Made by a program: the position numbers and the translations under genes. A DNA stretch of 64,000 bases from Octopus vulgaris (taxonomy: Eukaryota). The DNA is taken from the NCBI GenBank assembly GCA_951406725.2, contig OX597815.1, forward strand, positions 102,424,001 to 102,488,000, written 5' to 3'. How positions within the stretch are numbered: the first letter of the stretch is position 1; the number at the start of each line of letters is the position of its first letter. Below are positions 50,251-63,572 of this stretch, piece after piece. The notes under the pieces are model-generated. The model ran no database searches, was not told the DNA's origin, and worked only from the letters and a program-made list of their open reading frames with translations.

Positions 50251-50859
50251 CTCAAGATCATTCTAGAAATTCCATTTGAGTTTCCATCTTGAGGAAACAT
50301 GTCATACTCTCTAAATCACAATAGAAACGTTCACTTATGACAGTCAGTGTTTCATTGCCCACACATGCACACACACATACACTTACACAACAGACATGCA
50401 TTTAAGACATATTTTCAAATGTAATAAATAATCTCCATATATTACTATCTATACTTAAATCCATTTGAATCACCTTTCAACCACATCATGTTAATCACCA
50501 ACTTACAACTCAAATGTTTCAGTTTAATTAAACCATTATTCCCTTTCACCACTACTCTTTTACAATCAATATAATATACTTTAGGCTATCTACTTAGCTA
50601 TATTTCTTATTTATGCATTTTCAAGCATCCTTATATATATATATATTAAGAAATTCGCTCAGATACAAACACACACGAAGAGAGTAATTCCATAAAGTCA
50701 CCAGCAACTTATATTTCATTGTTGCATCGATGACCTCACAAACACCCCTATCTCTACTATAATGACGAAGCCACCTTGAGTATGATCCTATGAACGGTAA
50801 AAATTTAATACAGAGAGTTACTTATTTGTAGAAAGAAAAAAAATGTAACGTGACTTCAT

Positions 50860-51148
50860 TGACCGAGGTTACCGTGGTCTTTTCCGTAGGCTTTTCTTTC
50901 CACGGGTAAACTTCACCTGTCTTCCTCTTTACACTTTATATTGACATTTCTGTGATAAAGATCCCTATTGATCGATTTTTTCTTTTTCCTCCCCGAACAC
51001 TTTTTTTTGTTTTGCCTTCCTCTTTCTTCCCTTTTACGATCCCTTTTGATCGAAAACCAACCCCCCTTTTTTATCCCCAAAGAAAAGCTCTACCTTGTAG
51101 TTTGTCCCGTCTGTGTGCAGCCCTGTGTGGCTAATAAAGAAACATATC
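50860..51148 (+). mobile_element. Short pyrimidine-rich interspersed repeat ending in AATAAA (probable LINE 3' end)
   Basis: Closely similar to 62730-63040. Confidence 0.75.
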
Positions 51149-51315
51149 TCTACTATCATTAATGGCAAGGTGTGTTTAAGTAGTCAATCAATCAGCTAGA
51201 ATCAGCAGTTGTCCCGTCTGTGTGCAGCCCTGGGTGGCTAATAAAGAAACATATCTCTACTATCATTAATGGCAAGGTGTGTTTAAGTAGTCAATCAACC
51301 AGCTAGAATCAGCAG
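51102..51315. repeat. 107-bp tandem duplication (2 copies)
   Basis: ttgtcccgtctgtgtgcagccc...gctagaatcagcag starts at 51102 and 51209. Confidence 0.92.
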
Positions 51316-51384
51316 TAAACACTCCTTCTGTTCAAATTCTGACGTCCTTAACAAAAGATTATGTCTAAAATTACATTCAAAACC

Positions 51385-51675
51385 TGGCATACCGTCGGTT
51401 ACGACGACAAGAGTTCCGGTTGATCCGATAAACTGAATAACCTGCTCGTGAAATCAATGTAAAAGATACGCGTACACTTAACGTAGTTCTTACGGCGACT
51501 CAGCATGGCATATCGATTGTAACAAGGCCGGCCCTTTGAAATACAGCTACTACTTATTCTTACCGGCTGAGTGGACTGAAGCAACGTGAAATAAGGTGTC
51601 TCACTGAAGGACACAGTGCGATTCAAGGAATCGAACTCACGTCTTTATGATCGCGAACCGAATAACCTAACCATT
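51385..51675 (-). mobile_element. SINE family C
   Basis: Homologous to 6878-7190. Confidence 0.75.
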
Positions 51676-52864
51676 CATAACGTAGCTGTGGGCACACTAT
51701 CTATAAATATAGAAAGGGACGGCCATGGCCGGAGCAATTTTTATTATAAGTCTACTGGATTAGAACTGACATATAATAAATAAAATGAAGCAGTGTGTTA
51801 TCGATGAAGTAGTTTGAATTGATAGAAATAGCAACTTAATTTACCTCAAACACACACTACCTTTCTCAGAAAGAAAGAAAGAAAGAAATACAGAAAGAAA
51901 GAAAGAAAGAAAGTAAGAATACACTAAGTAATGTAACAGTAAATACTCTAGATAAGACAGGATAGTTACGGTTGAAATGTAAGTATGCTTTGATCATACT
52001 TATGCTCAATTAGTGTCAAACGGGAACTAAACAGTTACAACAACAATAATAGTTAAAATAAAATACGAATGCCATAGACAATTAAATGGAATCAGCACTA
52101 CTGTGAATAAAATGAGACTGATATTAGTTATAATTTCTCGTAGCTTTCCAACGATTCTTTAAAAAAAAAACTTTAAAAAACTCTCTGGTCAAAATCACAC
52201 GTTATGTATTTTCCATTAACTTCTTTTGCAGTGGTAAGATTCTGCAAAAGCTAAAGGGGAACTCAGTGTATTATCCACCAGGGAGCAGATCCTAAATCAC
52301 ATACATCTCTGATTTCACATATCAGAAAAAACAAACAAAAACAATCAATCCCAGAACGAATTGTCAATGATAAATTACGTTCTTAGAGAAAAAAAACTTT
52401 GAAGTTCTTCTTGTGGTGGCGACATGTATTTAAAATAAAAATATGTTGTATCTAAAATAAAAAAAAAATATTGATTCATTATTGATCTCTTCTCAGTTGT
52501 ACTTAAGTTGCACATTTCAGATTCATTATGGCATTGCCTCCTCTGAATATAAGATCAAAATTTCTTTACAAAATATCACTTATCTGAACACAATTATGCA
52601 CGCACGCACATATACACACATACACATACAGGACATATATTTCAGTATAACATAATGTTTTAGAACCTCACTCACGCTTTCTTCCGAACTAAGTTTAATG
52701 TTAGAATCTTTTACAAAACACTTTACTCATTTTAATTCTCTTTTTAAATGTTGTCAACAAAGGAAATTACCTAGCTTAATGAAAAACATCTATAAGTGTC
52801 GTTTTCCTTACAACACCCGCAAGTCTTAATGCATAACAGGAAACTATTTGTAATTCCTATATAT

Positions 52865-53070
52865 TGGTTTCAAATTTTGGCACAAGACCGGCGGTTTTCT
52901 GTGGGAGACGCCAAGTTGATTAAATCGAGCCCAGTGTTTACTTTATTGACTCCGAAAGGATAAAAAGCAAAGTCAACTTTAGTGGAATTTGAACCCAGAA
53001 CGTAGAGATGGACAAAATGCCGCTAAGCATCTTGCCCGACTTGCTGACGATTCTGCCAGCTCTCCGCCTT
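52865..53070 (-). mobile_element. SINE family A with ~11-13 bp TSD
   Basis: tgtaattccta on both sides (52849-52859 and 53071-53081). Confidence 0.85.
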
Positions 53071-53086
53071 TGTAATTCCTACACTG

Positions 53087-53193
<107 letters not shown>

Positions 53194-54160
53194 GCAAAGA
53201 TCTGGAAATAAATATAACCGGAACGTGGAACCTGAAGACAGAAATTATCCTATAATTTTGGGTCAGGAGTAAGTCAATCTCAGTGCTCAACTGCTATTCT
53301 TTTTATCGACCCCGAAAAGATGACAGGCAATGTCAACCTCGGCGGAATTTGAACTCAGAACATAAAGACAGACGAAATGCTCAGTGGGCTAATGATTCTG
53401 CCTGCTCGCTGTTTTATATCATGAAAATATTAGTAACGATTTGTCTATTCATATTTCTTTTGTAGCTTATGAATGAAAGTCTTGATATATTTTATTTTCT
53501 GGAGAAACACAGAAACAATATTAAACGTTTTATTTTTTCACTTACCATATGAGAAAAGAAGCAACGTTACTTTGATTTATACGCAAAGTGCAGGTGCTAC
53601 ATCGCAAATGAAAAACAATACGTACAACACATTGTAAATGCAATATGCTAGCTTCTATCTTCATGTCCCATTTTTCTGTAATTGCTTCAGAATTTAGGGC
53701 ATTTGTTTTCCAGAAGACACTACCTTATTTGAAAATATGTATGCCAAATCTAAAATTCGCAAACGTATTTATATCCAGCAATATCTAAACTACGAACTCC
53801 ACTTATAGTAAACTGAGGGTTAACACAATTAATGTAGTGACCTAAGAAATTTTAATTAATTAAATTTACACCATAAGGGACGAGAAAAATAATTATCTTT
53901 ATGACTAATTTTGGTCAAAAAAAGACAAAGGAGGTATTACCTGAATTTAAATTAATTAAAATTAATTAAAAACTACAATGCAGTGAGTCTGATCTTTGGC
54001 TGTTCCCGGGGCTAAACCACAACAACGACATCAACAGCAATGAAAGAACCTACTAAATCATTGAATATTCTGCGAAAGAGTTTTAAGAAAATGAAAATTG
54101 GAAGTCGCATATGGTTCCAGCATTGATGAATAGCAGAAAACAACAACAACAACAACAACA

Positions 54161-54191
<31 letters not shown>

Positions 54192-54234
54192 CAACAACAA
54201 CAAACAACAATCCAACAGATAACTATGTATCTCT

Positions 54235-54365
54235 AAAAAAAATGGAGAAACTCTCAAAATACAAAGATCTGGAAATAAAGATAACCGGAACGTGGAACAT
54301 GAAGACAGAAATTATCCTATGATAGATGCTTTAGGTATGGTAAAAACATACACACACACGCATGT

Positions 54366-54403
<38 letters not shown>

Positions 54404-55018
54404 GTACATAACCAGAATACCAGAACTTAGAAATATATAAGAAATATATATATATAGCTTACAGAAAATAGCACTGCTAGGTACCACACAAATCTTATAT
54501 GTAGAGCACTTTGAATGCAGTTAAAATAACAACTCCAATACATACCACAGCACATCCCCAAGACATACAGAACTGCAATCGGTGGTGCAGCGAATGCATA
54601 CAATAAAAATAAGACCACTGAACGATAATAATAATCCATTCTACTACAGGCGTGGCATCTTAGAGCAAGAACTGTTCCTATTATTATAGGTGCCCTGGTA
54701 TGATAAAATGGTATGTCAGAAACATCTAGACAACAACTCAAGAGAACCACGTTCTCTGCGAAATCCAATAGATTGCACTGATAAGTACTGCCCACATCCT
54801 TAGAAAAACCCTCTCAGTTTAAGTGTATGTGTTGCATTACAAGAAGATATTTTGTTACTGCCCCATGCCACTTCTCTTCCCCAACCTTTCAGTCATACTA
54901 CAACATCTCTTATCCTTCACTCGTCTAAGGACTCTTATCCGTCACTCACGCTTGTCACGCCAAGTAACTGTAACAAACATGCAGATTAAAAAGTAAATAA
55001 CAATAATAATAATAATAA
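54235..55018 (+). mobile_element. Two adjacent Dong/R4-like 3' fragments, the second ending in (TAA)n
   Basis: EKLSKYKDLEIKITGTW...QKIALLGT; second copy W.LRARTVPIIIGALG...HILRKTLSV*. Confidence 0.75.
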
Positions 55019-55019
55019 T

Positions 55020-55230
55020 CTTTTCTGCTACAGATACAAGGCTTGAAATTTTGGGAGAGGGGCTAATGTATGACACTGATCTCTGTGCTCAATTGGTGCT
55101 AATTTCATCGACCCTGAAAGGATGAAAGGTAAAGTCGACTAAGGCGACTTTACCTTTCAGGGTGTAAAGAACCCAAATAAAGGCCGCGAAACATTTTTGT
55201 CCGGTGTGCTAACGGTTCTGCCAACAGGCC
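55020..55230 (-). mobile_element. SINE family A
   Basis: gaccctgaaaggatgaaaggtaaagtcgac...ttctgcca. Confidence 0.75.
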
Positions 55231-55310
<80 letters not shown>

Positions 55311-55623
55311 GATGATGATGATGATCAAATAATATTATTAGCAATTTGTATGCTATGAGAAAAGGAGTCATCCTCAAAATATCTACATTAAACAACGTGT
55401 ACTAAGCCAGCGGGAAATTGTAGTACAGAAATTCTTTTCGCATTACGTGGTCCCGGGTCAGATCTCACTGCGCATCACGTCATCTTGGCCTAGGGTCTTC
55501 TACCAAAGTCTTGTGAGGCAGACTTATGTACAGAAAAAATGTGGAAGCTCATTGAATGCATTTGTATAAATATATATTTGTGTATATAAGAAAGGTGTAT
55601 ATATGTACATATCTATCTATCTA

Positions 55624-55694
<71 letters not shown>

Positions 55695-56174
55695 GCCTGC
55701 CTGTCTGTCTGCCTGCCTGTCTGTCAGTCTGTCCGTCTGTCTGTCTGTCTGTATATTTGTGTATACATACATACATACATACATACATACATACATACAT
55801 ACATACATACATACATAAATACTTATATACACACACGCTCACCAACATATTTATATGTGTGTGTATGTATATTTTGGCTGCCGTCTATCACAAGAGATAA
55901 TTGAGTTTTACACGACTGTCAGCTAGAATCCTTCCTAGAATGAAAGTATTTAGTATCAGTTTGGCTGCGATATTTGTCGAGAGTGTATCGGGTCAAAAAC
56001 TAGTTCACCTTAAGGGCTCCAGTCCATGTTTAGCATAACGTTTAAACACCCTTGCCTTTTTCTCGCGGAGCAGTGAGGTTATTTAATCGTAGTTGCATAT
56101 TTGTAACCCAGGGCAGTAAACAGTACCAGGTACTGTCAACTAGGTCTGACTGAATAAAGGATTCACGACAGACA

Positions 56175-56767
56175 GGGCTGACATCCTTGAAGTGCGTTTG
56201 TGTATGTGTGAATATGTGGGTGTTTGCATGTATGTATGTATGTATGCATGTATGTATGTATGTATGTATGTATGTATGTATGTATGTATGTTTGTATGTA
56301 CTTTTTAAAATTACTTTTATTTTATCTAGTTTCAGCTCACGAGATGTGGCCATGCTGGGGCACCTGTATGTATGTATGTATGTATGTATGTATGTATGTA
56401 TGTATGTATGTATGTATGTATGTATGTATGTTTGTATGTATGTGTTTATGTGTGTATGTATGTATATATGTATGCATGTATGTTTGTATGTATGTATCTA
56501 TGTATGTATGTGTGAACAGCGGCATGGGCTGACATCCTTGAAGTGCGTGTATGTGTGAATATGTGGGTGTTTGCATGTATGTACGTACGTATGTATGTAT
56601 GTATGTATGTATGTATGTATGTATGTATGTATGTATGTATGTATGTATGTATGTATGTATGTTTATATGTATGCATGTATGTATGTTTGTATGTATGTGT
56701 ATATGTATTTTTGTATGTATGTTTGTATGTATGTATCTATGTATGTATGTGTGAACAGCGGCATGGG
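56175..56767. repeat. Tandem duplication of a (TATG)n-containing unit
   Basis: gggctgacatccttgaagtgcgt at ~56175 and ~56527; gtgtgaacagcggcatggg at ~56510 and ~56750. Confidence 0.85.
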
Positions 56768-57009
56768 ATGAATAAAATGGTTGGATAAAACGAAAGTACA
56801 TCCTAGTATTTAGTTTGGTCCTAGGCATGTCCCTTTGCGATAATGTCAAACAGTGTTTTGTCCATTGCGTGATTGAGAAAATAAATGTCAGCCAAAGTAC
56901 TGCGGTCAATATAATCAGTTGAATGTAATACACTCAGTGTACCACCAATCCAATGACCAGTTAAATCAACAGAAATCTAGAAACTGTGAGAAGATATCAT
57001 AGAAGTGGA

Positions 57010-57560
57010 ATCTCACTGTCTTGCTGTCATAGAGCTGGCCGCCTTCCACGTCATTCCGCTTTTAACAAGATCAAAAAGCATGGCCTTACACGCTGCAGAC
57101 TTCCCTTGCCAGCTCGAGCAAGCGGGGCTAGATCGAGGGGATGTTAGAAGGCCAGATGGTATGACAATTTTCCCTTTCTGTGGCGGTAGGACCTTCATCT
57201 GGGAAGCCACAGCGGTAAGTTGGTGTTGTTAGCTACCAGCCCAGGCTCGCTGCTTGTCAGACTGAGAAAAAAAAAAACCAAACAAAAAAAATAACGAATA
57301 CCCCCCCCCCCATAAAAACAAAAAGAAAAAGATCTGTCAAGGTATCGGTCGCTCTTCAAAAGTTCTATGGCCAAGCTTGTGGTAGTTGAGACCTCTGGCG
57401 TTCTTAGCCCCACCGGACCATATCTCTGCTCATTACGATCGGAGCGGAGATGGTTGACCGCAAGTGCGAGGTCCATGAGTCAGAGTGGCAGTTCCAGCAC
57501 ATTTCCCTCGCTATTCTCCGTGGCAACGCCTTTTCCATTTTGTCTGCTGGTGCTATGGGA
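57010..57560 (+). mobile_element. CRE-clade non-LTR retrotransposon 3' end (RLE)
   Basis: RHSA...LEQAGLDRGDVRRPDGMTIFPFCGGRTFIWEAT...VVETSG...QHISLAILRGNAFSIL. Confidence 0.8.
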
Positions 57561-58569
57561 AATGCTTCTGTTTTGTGGGAGGAAACTTTACGAAGGTCTC
57601 TTGAAATGTGGTTGGTAGCTTTTCATGAAATTATGCTACGCTAAAAGCACTGGTATTTGTTCAGCTCGAAAATACAATTCTCTCAAGAGTAACCAAACAA
57701 GAGCAAGATGTAGACTAGCCATAACCGTTTTAAAACTTCCTAGTTTGGTTGAAAATATTTAGTCTCAATAACATTTAGTAGACGTCTGTCGGTGGTATAG
57801 ATGTGTCAATGAAATAGATATTCTAGAGTTGAAGGTTTAGGAGCAAGACTTATAAAAGAGTTTAAGTTGTAGCTTCAATTCATGAATAGTTGACTAATGA
57901 GTAACATGGGAGAAAAGGTCTCCATTATTCCCTGCTCTTTAAAAGCCATGCAACTACCGAGCGATGAACAGAAGAGAGAGGGAGAGAGAGAAGGAGAGAG
58001 GGAGAGAGAGAGGGAGAAGAGAGGGAGAGAGAGTAGGAGAGAGAAAGAAAGATTAAAAACTTGTTTCCACATATCCGATGTTTGAAACTAGAGCGTGATA
58101 ACTCGATAGCAGGATCAGAAAGTTCCTTTTTGGAGGATGACTCAAACATGTGGTATAGTTTCAAGAACTGCAATAGCTTCATGTTGGAAGATAAGGATTA
58201 TAAAACAAAAATGTCTGCATGTCCGAGATTATAAATGGGGATGGTATTAATAAAGAAGACGATAAAGACGATGTTGCCAATGATGATGATAATGATAACG
58301 ACCACATAAATGATGACCACCACAGCGACGACAACAACTAAGACGACGATGGGGATGGTTGTAATGATGACGGTGATGATGACAGTGGCGGCGAGGACGA
58401 TAACGACAACATTGACGATGACGATGATGCTGATACTAAACTATTGACAATAGGTAGGTGGCTTCCGTTCAAACTATATCAGTTCCGCAGTTTACATGAG
58501 TTAGTGTCAGATGGACAAATTTTATTCGCTTTCATGTGTTCATGCCTATGTGATTATAAAAGTGCTCTA

Positions 58570-58805
58570 TGTGTGTATGTGTGTGTGTGTGTGTGTGCTA
58601 GTCTGTGTGTATGTGTGTGTATATATGTGTACATAGATATATATGTATATACATATATATGCATGTATGTACATATGTATATATATATATATATGTATTT
58701 ATATCCATACATACATACAATCATACATACATACACACATGCACATATGTATGTACACACACACACACATACATATATATATATGTATATATATATATAC
58801 ATATA

Positions 58806-58847
<42 letters not shown>

Positions 58848-58973
58848 TATATGTATATATATATATGTATATATGTATATATATATATGTACTCATATAT
58901 ATATATACACATACTCATAGACACACACACATGCATACGAACAAATACACATCCACATCCATAGAAACACACA

Positions 58974-59006
<33 letters not shown>
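58570..59006. repeat. Compound (TG)/(TA)/(CA) microsatellite
   Basis: Direct observation. Confidence 0.95.
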
Positions 59007-59008
<2 letters not shown>

Positions 59009-59599
59009 CTATTAATGACGAAAGATATTTGAGATGCTTCGTTCAGAAGAAATTATACCAGCATGGAATCATGTAAAATTGGAAAGTGTGTACATCCGAT
59101 TTATGGAAGATCTATTTCTTTCAGTAGGGCACCATCCTGGGTAAGCAATATAATCGTGTCATGAGCACACCACATTCGCAGAAGATGGTGAAAGAGCAAA
59201 AAAAAAAAAAAAAAAAAAAAAGAAAAAAGTTCTGTTAAGCGATTTGAAAACGGTTTAAATGATTGATTAAATCCTATTATCTGCTTGAATACCAAAAGAT
59301 CATTCCATATACTATTTGTCATTGTCATCTGTATTCATTGGCAGAACTTTTGAAAAGGTCATACAATAATAATAATAAAAAAAAAAGAACCAGAAACACA
59401 TATCAATAAATACAAAAATAAGAGAATAAAACAACACGATAACAGAAAGAACATCGACGAAGACAACAACAATGATAAGAACAGCAACCAAAGTGAATAG
59501 CTACAAAAAAAAAAATGTATAGCAAACTTTTCTGAAATAGTATTTTTTCTTCCGTTTTTTTATTTTTTCTCCATTTTCTCTATTCTTTTAAAATCATTT

Positions 59600-59640
<41 letters not shown>

Positions 59641-60033
59641 TTGTTGTTGTTGTTGTTGTTGTCGTCGTCGTCGTCGCTGTTGTTGTTATTGTTGTTATTG
59701 TTGCTGTTATTGACTGACACTTACGCACTCTGTGATACGCTAGTGATATGCTACTCTTAGATATGCTTGTGATATGCTATAGTGTGTATATCTTCACACA
59801 CACACACACACGCACGCAAACATACACACATACGCAAACACGAACACACACGCACGTAAACACATACACACATATGCACGCACACACAGAGATTCACAGC
59901 CCAGATACTTATACACATACAATCACATCTCTTTTTCTCTCTGTCTTTGCAACAAAAGCCATACATAAAATATATATAATCACATTGTCTGTGCGCACAT
60001 AAGCACAGGCTCACTTCCAAGCACATATTTACA

Positions 60034-60081
<48 letters not shown>

Positions 60082-60946
60082 ATATGTGTATATGTATATA
60101 TATATATGTATCTATCAATATATATGTATGTATATATACATATATGTGTCTGTGTGCGTATAGGTGTATGTATTAGTATAGATAAATGTATATATAACAA
60201 CACATATACATACAAAGACTTACATGTATACATGCACTCATGTATATGTTAGTGGATATATATATATATATGTATACATACATATATACATGCATACATA
60301 CACACCTAAGTACGTTAACACATATTAAAGTATTTTGTTATTGCGAAGGAGATGCTATGAAACACGTGTCATATTCCACAATAATGTAATCTATTGATTC
60401 TATCAAGACATCAATTTAGAGTTATTGTAGGAATATAATAGTGACGTTGACGAGAAAAACAAAAAATAACAAATATACATTATTTCTCTTCTGCTTTGAG
60501 ATTTGTAGCAAAGGATAATTCCATCATCCGTGTTTTCGCTCACACATCAACAGACATACAGAAACTAATTTCAGCTTTCGTCAGAAAGTTTCTGCTGAAA
60601 ATTGTGCTGTAATGTCACATATATTTGGCGTTGGCCCAGCATGAATACATTTTACTGTCTGCAAGCAGTTTACAGTAAAATAGGAAGTAGGTGTATAATT
60701 GCAAAAGAAATAATAATTTAAAAACAAAAACAGGTATTATTTCTCAAACTCATTGATGTCTGTAGAGACGTCTCGTGGGCTTTCTTACTGAGAAACGCCG
60801 CATGATGTCAGCAGGTGGCGTGTGAGATGAGCTTAATATTTTACTTACACATCCAGAAGGTGTAAATTAATTAACAAATGGATTAACAAGCAAATAACTA
60901 GGGAATGACGAGCAAGCAACAAGGATTTTAATCTTGGAATAGTTAA

Positions 60947-60981
<35 letters not shown>

Positions 60982-61622
60982 ATGAATATATAAATAAATA
61001 GATAAGCTGAAATCAAGAAGTAAACCAAAGGTAAGATTGCCAATTTTTGCATCTCAAGAATGAATGAAATGGTTACTGAGACCATATTTAATTTAAGGAA
61101 ACTGACTTTTTATTAATAATTATTTGTTATTAATTACTATCATTATTAGATGAGAAATATTAAGGTTAATGATTTCATAGACTAACTTGTATGTTTTCTC
61201 TCATCAAACCAAATAGTTTCTCATCATATGAAATTCTGTTCGGTCAAGGCAATCAAAGTATTTCAGCCTCTAATATACTTCAATCACTGACATTGACATC
61301 TCCTGATGCATTTTCAAAGACTCTTATCTTTCACAAGAAGCCAGTTCTTATAAACTTTAGAGATGGTAATGGTACACAGAGAAATTTCTTCAAGTATTTA
61401 AAAAATTGGCAAGCTTATTCTCCCTGTCAAGTTTATTTCTAGCATGGACATTTTCAGTTTTCTGATTTTACTTCAGAATTGAATTTCTAGTACTTCTCAC
61501 GTGAGAAGAAAGTGAAACAGAGTTTAATGAATAAATAAAAGCACAAATTATCGTCAAATATCAATATAGAAATGTCGCTATATATGATACATTTGCATGA
61601 TAGGATCCACTGAAATATATTC

Positions 61623-62227
61623 TTGTCTACTCTAGGCACAAGACCCAAAATGGTTTTTTTGGGGTGGGGCAGTTGATTAAATCGACTCCAGTACGCAAAT
61701 AGGACTTAATTTAGTGACTCCGAAAGGATGAAAGGCAAAGTCGACCTCGGCGGAATTTGAACTCAGAACGTAATGACAGACGAAATACAGCTAAGCATTT
61801 CGCCCGCTAACGTTTCTTATTTCTTAATTGCCCACAAGGGGGCAAAACATAGAGGGGACAAGCAAGGACAGACAACGAGATTAAATTGATTAAATCGACC
61901 CCAGTGCGTAACTGGTACTTAATTTATCGACCCCGAAATGATGAAAGGCAAAGTCAAACTCGGCGGAATTTGAACTCAGAACGTAACGGCAGACGAAATA
62001 CCTATTTCTTTACTACCCACAAGGGGCTAAACACAGAGAGGACAGACAACGAGATTAAATCGATTACATCGACCCCAGTGCGTAACTGGTACTTAATTTA
62101 TCGACCCCGAAATGATGAAAGGCAAAGTCGACCTCGGCGGAATTTGAATTCAGAATGTAACGGCAGACGAAATACGGCTACCGCATATCGCCCGGCGTGC
62201 TTAACGTTTCTGCCAGCTCGCCGCCTT
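61623..62227 (-). mobile_element. Trimeric SINE family A unit bounded by one 16-bp TSD
   Basis: ccactgaaatatattc (61607-61622) and ccactgaaatgtattc (62228-62243); three SINE bodies inside. Confidence 0.85.
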
Positions 62228-62641
62228 CCACTGAAATGTATTCAATAGGTTAGCAGGTTCAGAGCACTATTTTCGATGTCGGGAAACATCAAGCTTTTAA
62301 TAAAATAATACGCAATGTTTACTCAACCAAACCATCAATAGTAATATTTTAGATGTATAACAGTAATTGGTAACAAATAAATAACAACAATTAAACAAAT
62401 AATTCTAAATTAAACGTTTAGGTTCTCACTTTCTAAGAACAGCTTTCATGCATTTTTCAGATTTACACAGACAATGAAACAAAATAAATGAAAATGAAGC
62501 AAACACAAAGATAATCAACAAAAACATGTCCTAAAGTGACATGGATTGGTTCAATATTTTATAGTCATCTAACTTCAGAGATAGTAACGGAGAGCGAAGG
62601 AAATTCGACACAACCACTTGACTTGCAATAAATAGCAACCA

Positions 62642-62729
<88 letters not shown>

Positions 62730-62730
<1 letters not shown>

Positions 62731-63035
62731 GACCGAGGTTACCATGGTCTTTTCCGTAGGCTTTTCCTTCCACGGGTAAATCTTACCTGTCCTCTCCTTT
62801 ACACTTCATATTGACATTTCTGTGATTACGATCCCTATTGATCAATTTTTTTTTCCTCTCCCCTTTTCTTTTCGCCCCCCTCTTTTTTTAAAATCCTCCC
62901 CTTTTTTTGTCCTCTTTCTTTCCTTTTACGATCCCTTTTGATCGAAAACCGACCCCCCTTTTTACCCCCAAAAGAAAAGCTCTACCTTGTAATTTGTTCT
63001 GTCTGTGTGCAGCCCTGTGTGCTAATAAAGAAACA

Positions 63036-63040
<5 letters not shown>
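62730..63040 (+). mobile_element. Short repeat (same family as 50860-51148) inside a (CTAT)n array
   Basis: (CTAT)n on both sides (62642-62730 and 63036-63183). Confidence 0.8.
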
Positions 63041-63101
<61 letters not shown>

Positions 63102-63104
63102 CTG

Positions 63105-63184
<80 letters not shown>

Positions 63185-63310
63185 CATGATGGGCTTATAC
63201 ATGCTTTCCATCTATCAGATTCTACCCACAAGTCATTTGTCAACCCTAGGTTCTCGTTGAAGACTCTCGCCATAGGTACTGCACAGCAGAATCGAACGCA
63301 GTACGATGAG
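63185..63310 (-). mobile_element. SINE family B fragment
   Basis: gatgggctt...tttccatctatcagattctacccacaag...aatcgaac. Confidence 0.55.
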
Positions 63311-63572
63311 CAACCTTAAAATGACGCGACTAAGTCATTCATATTTTTTTTATTCTTTTCAAGTATACACTTCAAGGTTATTTTTTTTTTTTACATTAAT
63401 CATTTGGCCGAGCTGCTTCAGTTGCTCCCAACTGGCCACCCACTTTAATTTTACGCACATAACATGAATCATTCTCTTTATCGATTTCGATCTTTATTTC
63501 TTCTGCTTCCACCAACGTTTTGATCGCAGTTCATCATATATCATGATCTATGTGAGGTATATGTGAGGTATA

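Noticed and set aside
58076-58233. Natural-looking short frame (LERDNSIAGSESSFLEDD...)
   Set aside because: No convincing start or splice boundaries and no homology cue
60867-61085. Signal-peptide-like minus ORF and a strong plus-strand donor AAG|GTAAGA at 61030
   Set aside because: The ORF runs through an (AAAT)n repeat, and a lone donor motif is insufficient
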